A DNA stretch of 64,000 nt, from NCBI GenBank assembly GCA_963822965.1, contig CAWGJT010000010.1:224001-288000 (forward strand), read 5' to 3'. Positions within the stretch are counted from its first letter, which is position 1, and each line of letters opens with the position of its first letter. The translations under genes were made by a program, and so were the position numbers. This DNA is from an uncultured delta proteobacterium (lineage in GTDB: Bacteria > Myxococcota_A > UBA9160 > UBA4427). The notes beneath the pieces were generated by a model, which saw only the letters and a program-made list of their open reading frames with translations, made no database searches and was not told where the DNA came from. This document shows positions 38,940 to 48,275 of the stretch, piece by piece.

Positions 38940-39890
38940 GTGACGGACTCGTCGCCCGACCTGTTGGCGGTTCGAAGCTACCTCGAGGATCTGCAGGATC
39001 GGATCTGCGACGCCCTGGAGCGTGAGGACGGCAGTGCCCGCTTCGACCGCCGCGAGATCGAGCGCGAGGGAGGGGGCCTCTCCCGGCCCCGGGTGATCTC
39101 GGGCGGCCCCGTCATCGAGAGCGCCGCGGTCCAGTACAGCCATACGGTGGGCAAGCGCCTGCCGCCCGCCGCCACCGAGCGGCGGCCCGAGCTCACCGGC
39201 GGGTCCTACGAGGCCATGTCGGTCTCGCTCATCGTGCACCCGCGCAATCCCTACGTGCCCACCTGCCATGCCAACTTCCGGATCTTCTTCGCGCGCCCCC
39301 AGGCGGGCGGCGACCCGGTCTGGTGGTTCGGCGGCGGCTTCGACCTCACGCCCTACTACGGCTTCGAGGAGGACGTGGTCCACTGGCACCGCACGGCGCG
39401 CGCGGCGTGTGATCCCTTCGGAAAGAGCCTCTACCCCGCCATGAAGAAGGCCTGCGACGAGTACTTCTACCTGCCCCATCGCAACGAGCCGCGCGGGGTC
39501 GGCGGAATCTTCTTCGACGATCTCGACTCCGTACCCGGCGCGGACGGACGCGGGGACGCGTCCTTCGAGACCTGCTTCGCCTTCGTTCGCAGCGTGGGGG
39601 ACGCGTTTCTCGCCGCCTACCTGCCCATCCTCGAGCGGCGCAAGCACGAGGCCTGGGGCGAGCGCGAGCGCGACTTCCAGCTCTATCGCCGCGGGCGCTA
39701 CGTCGAGTACAACCTGATCTACGACCGGGGGACGCGCTTCGGGCTCCAGGTGGCGGGCCGTGCGGAGTCGATCCTCGCGTCGATGCCGCCGGTCGTACAC
39801 TGGCGCTACGACTGGCATCCCGAGCCGGGCACGCCCGAGGCCCGCCTCTACGACGAGTTCCTGCGGCCCCGGGACTGGCTCGGCGAGTAG
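38940..39890 (+). CDS. hemF: Oxygen-dependent coproporphyrinogen III oxidase
   Basis: [36 protein letters not shown] and [16 protein letters not shown]. Confidence 0.97.
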   Translation: MTDSSPDLLAVRSYLEDLQDRICDALEREDGSARFDRREIEREGGGLSRPRVISGGPVIESAAVQYSHTVGKRLPPAATERRPELTGGSYEAMSVSLIVHPRNPYVPTCHANFRIFFARPQAGGDPVWWFGGGFDLTPYYGFEEDVVHWHRTARAACDPFGKSLYPAMKKACDEYFYLPHRNEPRGVGGIFFDDLDSVPGADGRGDASFETCFAFVRSVGDAFLAAYLPILERRKHEAWGERERDFQLYRRGRYVEYNLIYDRGTRFGLQVAGRAESILASMPPVVHWRYDWHPEPGTPEARLYDEFLRPRDWLGE

Positions 39891-40042
39891 GAGAGCTCGG
39901 GACTCGCATGGCCCGAATCGGACCACACGGTCCTGCGCCGGGCCGGCCCGCGCGCGGCTTTCGGGCCCACGAGAGGAGTGATAGCCTCGCGGGCCCTCCG
40001 TTCGGAGGGTGCGCCTCGAGCCCGGAGCCCGTCGTCGATCCC

Positions 40043-41101
40043 ATGAGCCAGCCGGACCACACCCTCGCCACCGAGGGGCCCTACCACTCGCTGACGGTCG
40101 TCGAGGTCATCCGCGAGACCGACGACTCGTGCTCGCTGGTGCTCGAGGTGCCCCCGGACCTGGCCGAGATGTTCCACTACCGGGCGGGGCAGTTCCTCAC
40201 GTTCCGGGTGGCCGTCGACGGGAAGCGCCTCGTGCGCTGCTACTCCCTGGCGAGCTCGCCGGACACGGACCCGGTGCACAAGGTCACCGTCAAGCGTGTC
40301 GCCACCGGGCGCGTCTCCAACCACCTGAACGACCTCGTCGCCGCGGGGACGACGCTCGAGGTGATGAAGCCGGCCGGCGTCTTCTGCCTGGCGGAGCGCC
40401 CCGAAGCGGACCGGCCGCTCGTCCTGTTCGGCGCCGGCAGCGGCATCACGCCGATCATCTCCGTCGTCAAGACGGCCCTGGCGACCACGAGCCGGCCCGT
40501 GCGCCTGCTCTACGCGAACCGCGACGCCCGTTCGATCATCTTCGAGGACGAGCTGCGGGCGCTCGAGCGGGCCCATCCGGAGCGCTTCGCGGTGGAGCAC
40601 AGCCTCGACGACCGGGAGGGCTTCGTCGACGTCGAGCGGGCCCGGCGCTTCGTGGCCGGCCAGACGGCGGCCGACTTCTACATCTGCGGTCCCGGGCCCT
40701 TCATGGACGTCGCCGAGGCGGCGCTGGCCGAGCTCGGGGTGCCCGGGGAGCAGATCTTCATCGAGCGGTTCGAGCATCCCGACACCGAGCCGCTCGGTGC
40801 GGCCACCACGCGAGGCGCCGCCGGGAGCGTCACGGTCACCGTCATCCTGGACGGGAAGCGGAGCGAGATCACCGTGGGGCCCGAGGAGACGATCCTGCAG
40901 GCGGCGAGGCGGGCGGGTCTGGAGCCGCCCTTCGCGTGCGAGGAGGCCTACTGCGGCTGCTGCATGGCGATGGTCAAGGAAGGCACCGTCGAGATGAAGA
41001 TGAACGACGGCGGCATCGACGCGGGGCAGATCGCGCAGGGCTGGGTGCTCACCTGCCAGGGCGTGCCCAAAGGGCCCGTCACCGTCGAGTACCCGGACTA
41101 G
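40043..41101 (+). CDS. FAD/NAD(P)-binding [2Fe-2S] oxygenase reductase, KshB/PaaE type
   Basis: GQFLT, RCYSLASSP, GSGITP, LYANRD, ICGPGPFM and CEEAYCGCC...LTCQ. Confidence 0.9.
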   Translation: MSQPDHTLATEGPYHSLTVVEVIRETDDSCSLVLEVPPDLAEMFHYRAGQFLTFRVAVDGKRLVRCYSLASSPDTDPVHKVTVKRVATGRVSNHLNDLVAAGTTLEVMKPAGVFCLAERPEADRPLVLFGAGSGITPIISVVKTALATTSRPVRLLYANRDARSIIFEDELRALERAHPERFAVEHSLDDREGFVDVERARRFVAGQTAADFYICGPGPFMDVAEAALAELGVPGEQIFIERFEHPDTEPLGAATTRGAAGSVTVTVILDGKRSEITVGPEETILQAARRAGLEPPFACEEAYCGCCMAMVKEGTVEMKMNDGGIDAGQIAQGWVLTCQGVPKGPVTVEYPD

Positions 41102-41148
41102 CGCGCTGACGCACTGGGGCCAGCCGCCCGACGCGAGGGGCGCGCGGC

Positions 41149-42864
41149 TCAGGGCCCGTCGGCGTCCGGGCCTTCGATCGGCGCGCCGTCGCTCGGCTGG
41201 AGTGACTGCCGCGCCCGCTCCGGGCGCGGCGTGTACGGAACCGCCCGGGCGATCTTCACGATCTCGCCCCCCTCGAAGCGGTTGTCCACGAAGAGGCCGT
41301 TGAGCACCGCCGTGCGCCCGGGGCCCCAGGCGTTGTCGGCGCGCTGGCTCAGGGCGGTGATCGTCTCGTCCGGGAGCGCGCGGACGAGACGCAGGTGGAT
41401 CACCTGCACGGAACCCCGCTCCTCCTCGGTCAGCGGCCGGAACGTGCGGGCGGCGGCGTGCGCCCGGCCCACGTACTGGCTCCAGGAAGAGCTCGTCGCG
41501 ACCGCCATCACGCGGAAGACCTGCCCGACGTGGGGAATGAAGGTGGCCTGCCCGCCCACCGACTGGCCGCCCATGCTTCCCTCGAAGTCGATGCGCCAGG
41601 AATCGATGTCACCGATCTGTACCGGCTGCGCGCGCACCACGTGGATCCGGAACTCGTCGCCGTGGTCGGCGACGAAGCGGTCGGCGGCCTCGCGGGCGGT
41701 GGGCATCTGCGGGGGCTTCTCGGGCTCGCTCGGGGTCGCGGCGGTCGCGGGCGGCGGCGTCTCCTCGGGGACGCCCGGCTCGCCGGCGGTCGCCGACGCC
41801 TCGCCTGTGTCCCCCCCGGTCTTCTCGCCGTCCCCGGTCCTTCCGGGCTTCTCGGGTGCGAGCGGCGCCTCGAGGGTGATGAAGATGCGGGCGTTGCCGT
41901 CCGGGCTGACGGCGCCCACGGCCTCGCGGGTGTTCACCACCTCCCACCCGCGCGGGAAGATGACGCGGAAGTCGAGATCGGGATGGATGAACTCGGTGTC
42001 CCGGAAGATGCCCTCGGCGGGGTCCGTGTCCAGCACGATGCCCTCGATCTTCTTCAGATAGGCGGCGCGCCCGGTCTCGCGCGTGGGGTCGAGGGTCCAC
42101 GTGAGGGTCATCGCGTGGGAGGCCGTGGAGGCGACGCGCTCGGTGGTTCCCGGGTGCGTGTCGAAGTAGCTCGAGAGGCGCGAGTACCCGATGGTGAGAC
42201 GCTCCGTGTCGCCGAGGTGCTTGAGGAACTCCGCCAGGGCCCCGGGGTCGTAGCCGGCCCGGGCCGCGATCGTCTGGCCCCCCTTGTCCGCCGCGCGCTC
42301 GTGGTCGCGGCTGTAGGCCGCCAGGCGCGCCATGCGGATGTAGGGCATCAGGAACGGGCTGGTGCGGCGCGCCAGCTCCTGCTGGGCGGCCGCGTGTCGT
42401 TCGGCGGCGTGGATGATCTCGTGTCCCAGCACGTTCGCCAGCTCGTCCTCGGTGTTTGCGAGGGCGATCAGACCGCGAGACACGTAGATGTGACCGCCCG
42501 GCAACGAGAAGGCGTTGGGCGTCATCTGGTCGACGATCTGGAAGGTGTACTGGAAGGGACGGAGCGGTGCGTAGGCGACGAGGCGATGCCCCACCTCTTC
42601 GACGTAGGCGGCCAGGGCCGGGGAGTCGTAGAGGCCCATCTCCGCCTCGATCTGGACGGCGGCGTCCTCGCCCGCCTTGAGGTCGTCGTATTCCGTGGAG
42701 AGCAGGATGGTGCGCTTGCGGTTGACGACCTCGTCGTCGCGGGGGGCAGCGGCGCCCTGGGCGCAGGCGAGGAGCAGGCCGACGGCGGGCAGCAGCACCC
42801 ACGGCCGGCAGCCGGCGCGCGACCCGTCCCCGGGAGCGCGGCCAGGAGAGGGCGCCGTACGCAC
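41149..42864 (-). CDS. M48 family metalloprotease lipoprotein
   Basis: Lipobox LLAC; PNAFSLPGG, HEIIH, YSRDHERAAD and THP. Confidence 0.9.
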   Translation of the reverse strand: MRTAPSPGRAPGDGSRAGCRPWVLLPAVGLLLACAQGAAAPRDDEVVNRKRTILLSTEYDDLKAGEDAAVQIEAEMGLYDSPALAAYVEEVGHRLVAYAPLRPFQYTFQIVDQMTPNAFSLPGGHIYVSRGLIALANTEDELANVLGHEIIHAAERHAAAQQELARRTSPFLMPYIRMARLAAYSRDHERAADKGGQTIAARAGYDPGALAEFLKHLGDTERLTIGYSRLSSYFDTHPGTTERVASTASHAMTLTWTLDPTRETGRAAYLKKIEGIVLDTDPAEGIFRDTEFIHPDLDFRVIFPRGWEVVNTREAVGAVSPDGNARIFITLEAPLAPEKPGRTGDGEKTGGDTGEASATAGEPGVPEETPPPATAATPSEPEKPPQMPTAREAADRFVADHGDEFRIHVVRAQPVQIGDIDSWRIDFEGSMGGQSVGGQATFIPHVGQVFRVMAVATSSSWSQYVGRAHAAARTFRPLTEEERGSVQVIHLRLVRALPDETITALSQRADNAWGPGRTAVLNGLFVDNRFEGGEIVKIARAVPYTPRPERARQSLQPSDGAPIEGPDADGP

Positions 42865-42920
42865 GTTCGCTCAAGAGTCCACTCGACGCGCGGGGGCGTG
42901 CGGCTGGCATCGTGCGGGGG

Positions 42921-43595
42921 TCATCGGGGCGCTTCGCTCTCGCCTCGGACTCCGAGCGGAAATCCGAGGGTGCGCTCCAGCTCGACCAGCGCCGTCTCGG
43001 GCTCGTCGACCTTGATCGTGGTGAGACCCAGGGAGCGCGCCGGCTTCAGGTTCGCACCGATGTCGTCGAGGAAGACGGTGTGCTGCGGCGCCACCTCCAG
43101 GCGCGCGCAGGCCAGCTCGTAGATGCGCGGGTCGGGCTTGCGCATTCCCTCGACGCTCGACTCGATGAAGACGTCGAAGTGTCCGCGCAGGGCGCGGGTT
43201 CCGTCGCTCCGCTCCGCGCCCGCATCGGAATTGTCGGCGGCCGCCCAGTTGTTGGTGAGCGCGCCCACGCGCAGGCCGCGGATGCGGATCGCGGCGATCG
43301 CCCGCAGCATGGGCTCCCGGGGCTGGGAGGCCTCCGCCATCCACTCGAACATCGTGCGCGCACAGATCTCGTGGCCCGCCGCCCGGCAGTCACTCTCGAA
43401 GGCGGGGTAGAAGGCCTCCATGGCGAGCTCTCCGCGCTCCAGGCGCGACCATGCGCCGTGGGGTGCGGTCTCGGCCGCGACCCGATTGATGGCGTCTCGC
43501 GGCAGGCCCAGGTGTGCCTCGTAGCGGCGGATCGCGTGCAGCGGGGAGCCGAGGACGACACCGCCGAGGTCGAAGACGACGGCCCGGTAGGACAT
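42921..43595 (-). CDS. HAD-family phosphatase (epoxide hydrolase N-terminal-like)
   Basis: VVFDLGGV, LTNNW, RKPDPRIY and FLDDIGANL. Confidence 0.9.
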   Translation of the reverse strand: MSYRAVVFDLGGVVLGSPLHAIRRYEAHLGLPRDAINRVAAETAPHGAWSRLERGELAMEAFYPAFESDCRAAGHEICARTMFEWMAEASQPREPMLRAIAAIRIRGLRVGALTNNWAAADNSDAGAERSDGTRALRGHFDVFIESSVEGMRKPDPRIYELACARLEVAPQHTVFLDDIGANLKPARSLGLTTIKVDEPETALVELERTLGFPLGVRGESEAPR

Positions 43596-43629
43596 TGGAA
43601 CGACCGTAGCGAACTCGGGAGGCGGGACG

Positions 43630-44817
43630 TCATGCCGGGGCATGGCCCTCGGAGGCCGTCAGCTCCGCCAGCAGCCGATCCATGGCGTCGTAGCCCTGCA
43701 GCTCGTCGGGCACGAAGGACTCGGACAGGGTGACGAGTCCCAGGCCCGAGAGGCCGAAGAGCCCGGCGCCGCCCCAGGCGGAGGCCCGCAGGAAGCCCCG
43801 CCGGGTGAGGTCGTCGTGGCGGGCCACCCGGACGGCGCCCAGGGCGGCAGCCGCCGCGACGCCGGTGCCGATCCGCTCGTCCCGGCGGCGCGCGAGGGCC
43901 TGTCTTCGTCCCTCCCGCAGGAGCTCCGCCGCGGCTGCCCGGGTGCCGGGGACGATCGCCGGCCGGGGCCGGCCCGGGCCCCCGATCTCCACGTCGGCGA
44001 GCACGCCGGCGTGGTCGGAGTAGGCGGCGGTCTCCCCCGCCACGGTGACGGGCTGGTCGAAGACGCGACGCACGGCGACCGGGGTCGCCCCCTGCTGCTC
44101 GCCGCTGCGACAGAAGACGTAGTCGATGCGCGACTCCGTGAGGGAGCCTCGCGCCAGCCGGTACGCGTTCTGCAAGGTGGAGGTGGGCTCCCGGGCTCCC
44201 AGGGCGGCAGCCGAGTCGACGAAGCCGGTGAGCCCGAGCAGCACCTCGTACTCCGGCGCGCTGTCTCGCATGTTGAAGTCGCCCACGGCCACCACCGGCC
44301 CCGGGACGGCGCGCACCTCCCGGCCCAGCTCCAGCACCTCGCCCGTACGATGACCGACGTAGTCGTCCTGCACCTCGGCGGGCGCATATCGCGCGTGCAG
44401 ATGGGTCGAGAACAGGGCGACCGGCGTGCCCCCGACCTCGACGTCGAGGCGCAGCAGGCCCTTGCCGGCGTAGTAGTCCATCTGCAGCAGCCGCTGGGGC
44501 AGCCCGCACAGGGTGTAGGGCCGGAACCGTGCGGAGCGGATCGGAAGCCGGGAGACGGCCACCAGCCCGCCGCCGTTCCCGGCCGCTCCCCGGGTGGTGG
44601 CCGGCCGGGAATCGGCCCAGGCGTGGGGAAAGCCGAGGCCGCGGGCCCCCTCGACCAGCTGCCGGCGTCCCGTCTCGGTCCACACCTCCTGGAAGAGCGC
44701 CACGTCGCACGCGAGGGGGGCGAGGTCGCGGAGCACGAGGGAGAGCCGTTCCTCCACGTCGTGTCCGGCCGGAGCGGGGAGCCCCCAGACGTTCAGGGTG
44801 AGGACGCGAAGTCGCAT
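43630..44817 (-). CDS. EEP-family phosphodiesterase, neutral sphingomyelinase (SMPD2/Isc1)-like
   Basis: LNVWGL, QEVW, GGGL, YTLCGLP..DYYAGKG, THLHARY, GDFN, RIDY, SDH and two C-terminal hydrophobic segments. Confidence 0.8.
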   Translation of the reverse strand: MRLRVLTLNVWGLPAPAGHDVEERLSLVLRDLAPLACDVALFQEVWTETGRRQLVEGARGLGFPHAWADSRPATTRGAAGNGGGLVAVSRLPIRSARFRPYTLCGLPQRLLQMDYYAGKGLLRLDVEVGGTPVALFSTHLHARYAPAEVQDDYVGHRTGEVLELGREVRAVPGPVVAVGDFNMRDSAPEYEVLLGLTGFVDSAAALGAREPTSTLQNAYRLARGSLTESRIDYVFCRSGEQQGATPVAVRRVFDQPVTVAGETAAYSDHAGVLADVEIGGPGRPRPAIVPGTRAAAAELLREGRRQALARRRDERIGTGVAAAAALGAVRVARHDDLTRRGFLRASAWGGAGLFGLSGLGLVTLSESFVPDELQGYDAMDRLLAELTASEGHAPA

Positions 44818-44942
44818 CGGTCGCGACCCTACCACACGCGCAGGGACCGGGCGGAGGGTACAATCGCGGGTCGGCCGTCGAACGCCGGCCCCAACGGCTC
44901 GAGCCCAACCCGAAGCCGCGCTGCGCGCGAAGGAGTGCTCTC

Positions 44943-45767
44943 GTGGAATATGCCGAGATCCTGTACGAAGTCTCGGATCCCGTCGCGACCGTGACCCTGA
45001 ACCGTCCCGAATTCCTGAACGCGTGGACCAACCGCATGGCCGCCGAGGTGAAGCACGCCCTCGCGCGCGCCGAGTCGGACGAACGGGTCGTCGGCATCGT
45101 GCTCACCGGGGCCGGACGCGGCTTCTGCGCGGGAGCCGATCTGAAAGGGCTCCAGGCGATCTCGCACGGACAGCGCGCCGAAGGGGTTCCCGAGGCGCTC
45201 GACGCCGACCCCGGCGATCCGGCGATGGGTGAGTCCTTCCGCGGCACCTACACCTATCTGTGCTCGATCCGGAAGCCCATCATCGCCGCGATCAACGGGC
45301 CCTGCGCCGGCATGGCCGTTCCCATCTCGCTCTTCTGCGACATGCGCTTCGCGTCGGATCGCGCCACCTTCACCACGGCGTTCTCGCGGCGCGGCCTGAT
45401 CGCAGAGTGGGGCGTGAGCTGGATCCTGCCCCGCCTGGTCGGCCCCGCTCACGCGATGGATCTGCTCCTGTCGGCGCGGAAGTTCGACGCCGCCGAGGCC
45501 GACCGGCTCGGGCTGGTGAACCGCGTGCTTCCCCACGACGAGCTGCTGCCGTTCGTCCGGGAGTACGTGGGCGATCTCGCGCGAAACTGCTCTCCCGCCT
45601 CGATGGCGATCATGAAGCGCGAGATCTACCACCACCTGACGGCCTCCCTGGCCGACGCCCACGCGGAAGCGGTGGAGCTCATGCTCGAGAGCTTCGGCCG
45701 TCCCGACTTCAAGGAGGGCGTGCAGTCGTTTCTCGAGAAACGCCCGCCGCGCTTCCAGCGGGTGTGA
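44943..45767 (+). CDS. Enoyl-CoA hydratase/isomerase family protein
   Basis: LNRPE.LNA, GRGFCAGADL, AAINGPCAG and EGVQSFLEKRPPRF. Confidence 0.92.
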   Translation: MEYAEILYEVSDPVATVTLNRPEFLNAWTNRMAAEVKHALARAESDERVVGIVLTGAGRGFCAGADLKGLQAISHGQRAEGVPEALDADPGDPAMGESFRGTYTYLCSIRKPIIAAINGPCAGMAVPISLFCDMRFASDRATFTTAFSRRGLIAEWGVSWILPRLVGPAHAMDLLLSARKFDAAEADRLGLVNRVLPHDELLPFVREYVGDLARNCSPASMAIMKREIYHHLTASLADAHAEAVELMLESFGRPDFKEGVQSFLEKRPPRFQRV

Positions 45768-45780
45768 GCGCCGGCGGTCG

Positions 45781-46503
45781 ATGAACCTCCTGCTGCTCCG
45801 GCCCGAGGAGCTCGCCTCGGGTCCCGCGGACGCGGAGGAGATCCCGGTACGGATCGGGGGCCGGCGGGCCGCCCACGTGACCCAGGTGCACCGGGCGCAG
45901 GTGGGCGACACCCTGCGCGTCGGGGTTCTCGGGGGCCGCGTGGGCGTGGGTCGGGTCCTCGGCCTGGACCGCGATCGGCTCGATCTGGACGTCCGTCTCG
46001 ATCGGGAGCCCCCGGCGCCGATTCCCGTCACCCTGGTCCTGGCCCTGCCGCGCCCGCTCGTCCTCAAGCGCGTGCTGCTGCACGCGACCACGCTGGGCGT
46101 GAAGCGGATTGCGCTGATTCACGCCCGCCGGGTGGAGAAGAGCTACTGGCAGAGCGACGCCCTGGGCGAGGCCGCGCTCCACGAGCAGCTGGTGCTGGGT
46201 CTCGAGCAGGCGGGAGACACGGTTCTACCGGCGGTCAGCCAGCATCGGCGCTTCCGCCCCTTCGTCGAGGACGTCCTGCCCGAGTGGCTGGCCGGCTCTC
46301 GCGGCATCCTGGCCCATCCCGAAGCCCGCAGCGCGTGCTCGCGAGCCGAGGGGCCGGTGACCCTCGCCATCGGTCCGGAGGGAGGCTTCGTCGACTACGA
46401 GGTCGAGAAGCTCACCGCCGCCGGGCTGCTTCCCGTGCGGCTCGGTGAGCGCATCCTGCGGATCGAGGCCGCGGTGCCCTATGCGATCGCCAGCCTGTTC
46501 TGA
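45781..46503 (+). CDS. rsmE: 16S rRNA m3U1498 methyltransferase, RsmE family
   Basis: LALPRP, VEKSYW, GLEQA, IGPEGGF and LGERILRIE. Confidence 0.9.
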   Translation: MNLLLLRPEELASGPADAEEIPVRIGGRRAAHVTQVHRAQVGDTLRVGVLGGRVGVGRVLGLDRDRLDLDVRLDREPPAPIPVTLVLALPRPLVLKRVLLHATTLGVKRIALIHARRVEKSYWQSDALGEAALHEQLVLGLEQAGDTVLPAVSQHRRFRPFVEDVLPEWLAGSRGILAHPEARSACSRAEGPVTLAIGPEGGFVDYEVEKLTAAGLLPVRLGERILRIEAAVPYAIASLF

Positions 46504-46629
46504 TGCACCGTCGCAGCCTCCTGTCAGCCATTCGCACTAGTTGGGCCCCTTCGGGAAAAATCATTGCATCCCCTTCGACGGGTGCATCTCGTCGCATTCC
46601 GCTGTTAACGTCTGCGCCGGGGGAGGGGG

Positions 46630-48192
46630 ATGGGGCCTCTACGACATTGCAGCGCGTGCGATCTGCGCGCCCGGATCTCACGCACAGCGCACGCTCGTGC
46701 GGCCGCCGTCTTGTTAGGCGTCTGCCTCGCGATCCTTCCGCTCGCGGCGTCGGCGCAGAGCGCGGGTTCGGGAGAGCCCAGCGTGCGGGTCCGCTGGCTC
46801 GCCGCGTCCGGGCCCGTCGAGCACTACGAGGTCTGGGTCTCGATCAACGACGGTCGCATGGAGCTGTACGGCGAGGTGTCGGAGACGCAGGTCGAGGTCT
46901 TCGGTCCGCAGTTCCAGCTGAGCGACTCGCTGCGCTTCGAGGTCGTCGCCGTGTCGGCCGACGGACGCCGTGGGACGCCGTCCGAGACGTCCAACGTCAT
47001 CTTCTTCGGCACCGTCCCGGTCCCCCAGAACCTCACGGTCCACGACGGATCGGCCTTGGACCCGAACCACCTCTCGTGGGATCCGGTTCCGGGTGCGGAC
47101 TTCTATCTGGTCTTCCGAGCGCCCGAAGGCTCCGCGCCGCAGCTCTGGAGCCAGTCGTCCGACCCGTCGCTGGACGACGCCACGGCACCCCTGAACGTGC
47201 GCCACACCTACGTGGTGGCGGCGGTGAGCGGTCGCCAGGTCAGCGCCTACAGCGCGCCGGTCACCGCCATCCGCGGAGGCAACCGGCCGAAGCTCGTGGC
47301 CTCCGTCGCGTCCCTGACTCGCGAAGCCTCGCGCAGCGAAGGCGTCGTGACCGACACCTTCGAGCTGACGAACGCCGGCGACTGGAAGCTCTCCTGGGCC
47401 GCCTGGGTCTTCGGATCGTGGATCGACGTGACGCCGGAAAACAACCTGCTCGACGAGGGCGTCCAGCGGGTGACCGTCAGCTATCGCGTCGACAAGCTGG
47501 CACTCGGGGTGCACGACACGGTGATCCGCATCTACACCTACTACGACCCGCCGCCGGGCGAATCCTTCCAGCTGGGTCCGCCGCTGGAGATTCCGATCCG
47601 CCTCACCGTCCGCGACGCGCCGCCCACGATCGACCTTCCCGCCTCCCTGTCGGTGGGGGAGGGCCTGGTCGTCGACGTCCCGGTGCACGCCAGCGACTCG
47701 GATCCGGGCAGCGACGTCCAGATGGGCCTCGTCAGCGGGCCACCCTTCGCGAGCTTGACGTCGCTCGGGGGCGGTGACGCGCGCCTGACGATCGCGCCCG
47801 GTGCGGGGACCGCGGGAACGTACACGATCACGGTCTCGGCCTGGGATCGGAACTTCCCCTCTGTGCCGGTGCAGCAGTCCCTCGAGCTCACCGTCGGGTA
47901 CGTGAACAACGCTCCGGTGGTCCAGGCCATCCCGACCCAGACCGCCAAGGTCGGTGAGACGAGCGGGCTGACGGTGTACGCCACGGACCCCGACGGCGAT
48001 CGGATCGCGTTGACGACGTCGACGCTGCCGGACTTCGTGAACTTCGACGGCTACACCAACGGCGTCGGCAGGTTCACCTTCGCGCCCGAGGCGTCGGACG
48101 TGGGAAGCTACCTGCTGATCCTCGCCGTGGTGGACGACGGCGTGCCGTCGCGCTTCGTGGGCGTTCCCTTCCAGCTGACCGTCGTCCCCTGA
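46630..48192 (+). CDS. Secreted multi-domain FN3/BACON/Ig-like protein
   Basis: Signal peptide; FN3-like (VRWLA..HYEV, LSWDPVPGA..Y); cadherin/Ig-like (NNAPVV, ATDPDGD, FTFAP); start uncertain. Confidence 0.75.
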   Translation: MGPLRHCSACDLRARISRTAHARAAAVLLGVCLAILPLAASAQSAGSGEPSVRVRWLAASGPVEHYEVWVSINDGRMELYGEVSETQVEVFGPQFQLSDSLRFEVVAVSADGRRGTPSETSNVIFFGTVPVPQNLTVHDGSALDPNHLSWDPVPGADFYLVFRAPEGSAPQLWSQSSDPSLDDATAPLNVRHTYVVAAVSGRQVSAYSAPVTAIRGGNRPKLVASVASLTREASRSEGVVTDTFELTNAGDWKLSWAAWVFGSWIDVTPENNLLDEGVQRVTVSYRVDKLALGVHDTVIRIYTYYDPPPGESFQLGPPLEIPIRLTVRDAPPTIDLPASLSVGEGLVVDVPVHASDSDPGSDVQMGLVSGPPFASLTSLGGGDARLTIAPGAGTAGTYTITVSAWDRNFPSVPVQQSLELTVGYVNNAPVVQAIPTQTAKVGETSGLTVYATDPDGDRIALTTSTLPDFVNFDGYTNGVGRFTFAPEASDVGSYLLILAVVDDGVPSRFVGVPFQLTVVP

Positions 48193-48194
48193 GC

Positions 48195-48221
48195 GGTCGG
48201 CGCCCCGCTGGGGCGCCGACC
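48195..48221. terminator. 12-bp stem hairpin between convergent genes
   Basis: GGTCGGCGCCCC-GCT-GGGGCGCCGACC. Confidence 0.55.
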
Positions 48222-48275
48222 TGCAACCTGAGGACAACGCTGAGCGGTGTCCTCCTAGGAGGCCGGCCGCCCGGG

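Noticed and set aside
39920..39933. Palindrome GGACC-ACAC-GGTCC upstream of the kshB-like gene as a KstR box
   Set aside because: Does not fit TnnAACnnGTTnnA, and short GC palindromes are common here
43770..43815. Twin-arginine-like motif TRRGFLR in the sphingomyelinase-like protein
   Set aside because: It is near the C-terminus between hydrophobic segments, not an N-terminal Tat signal
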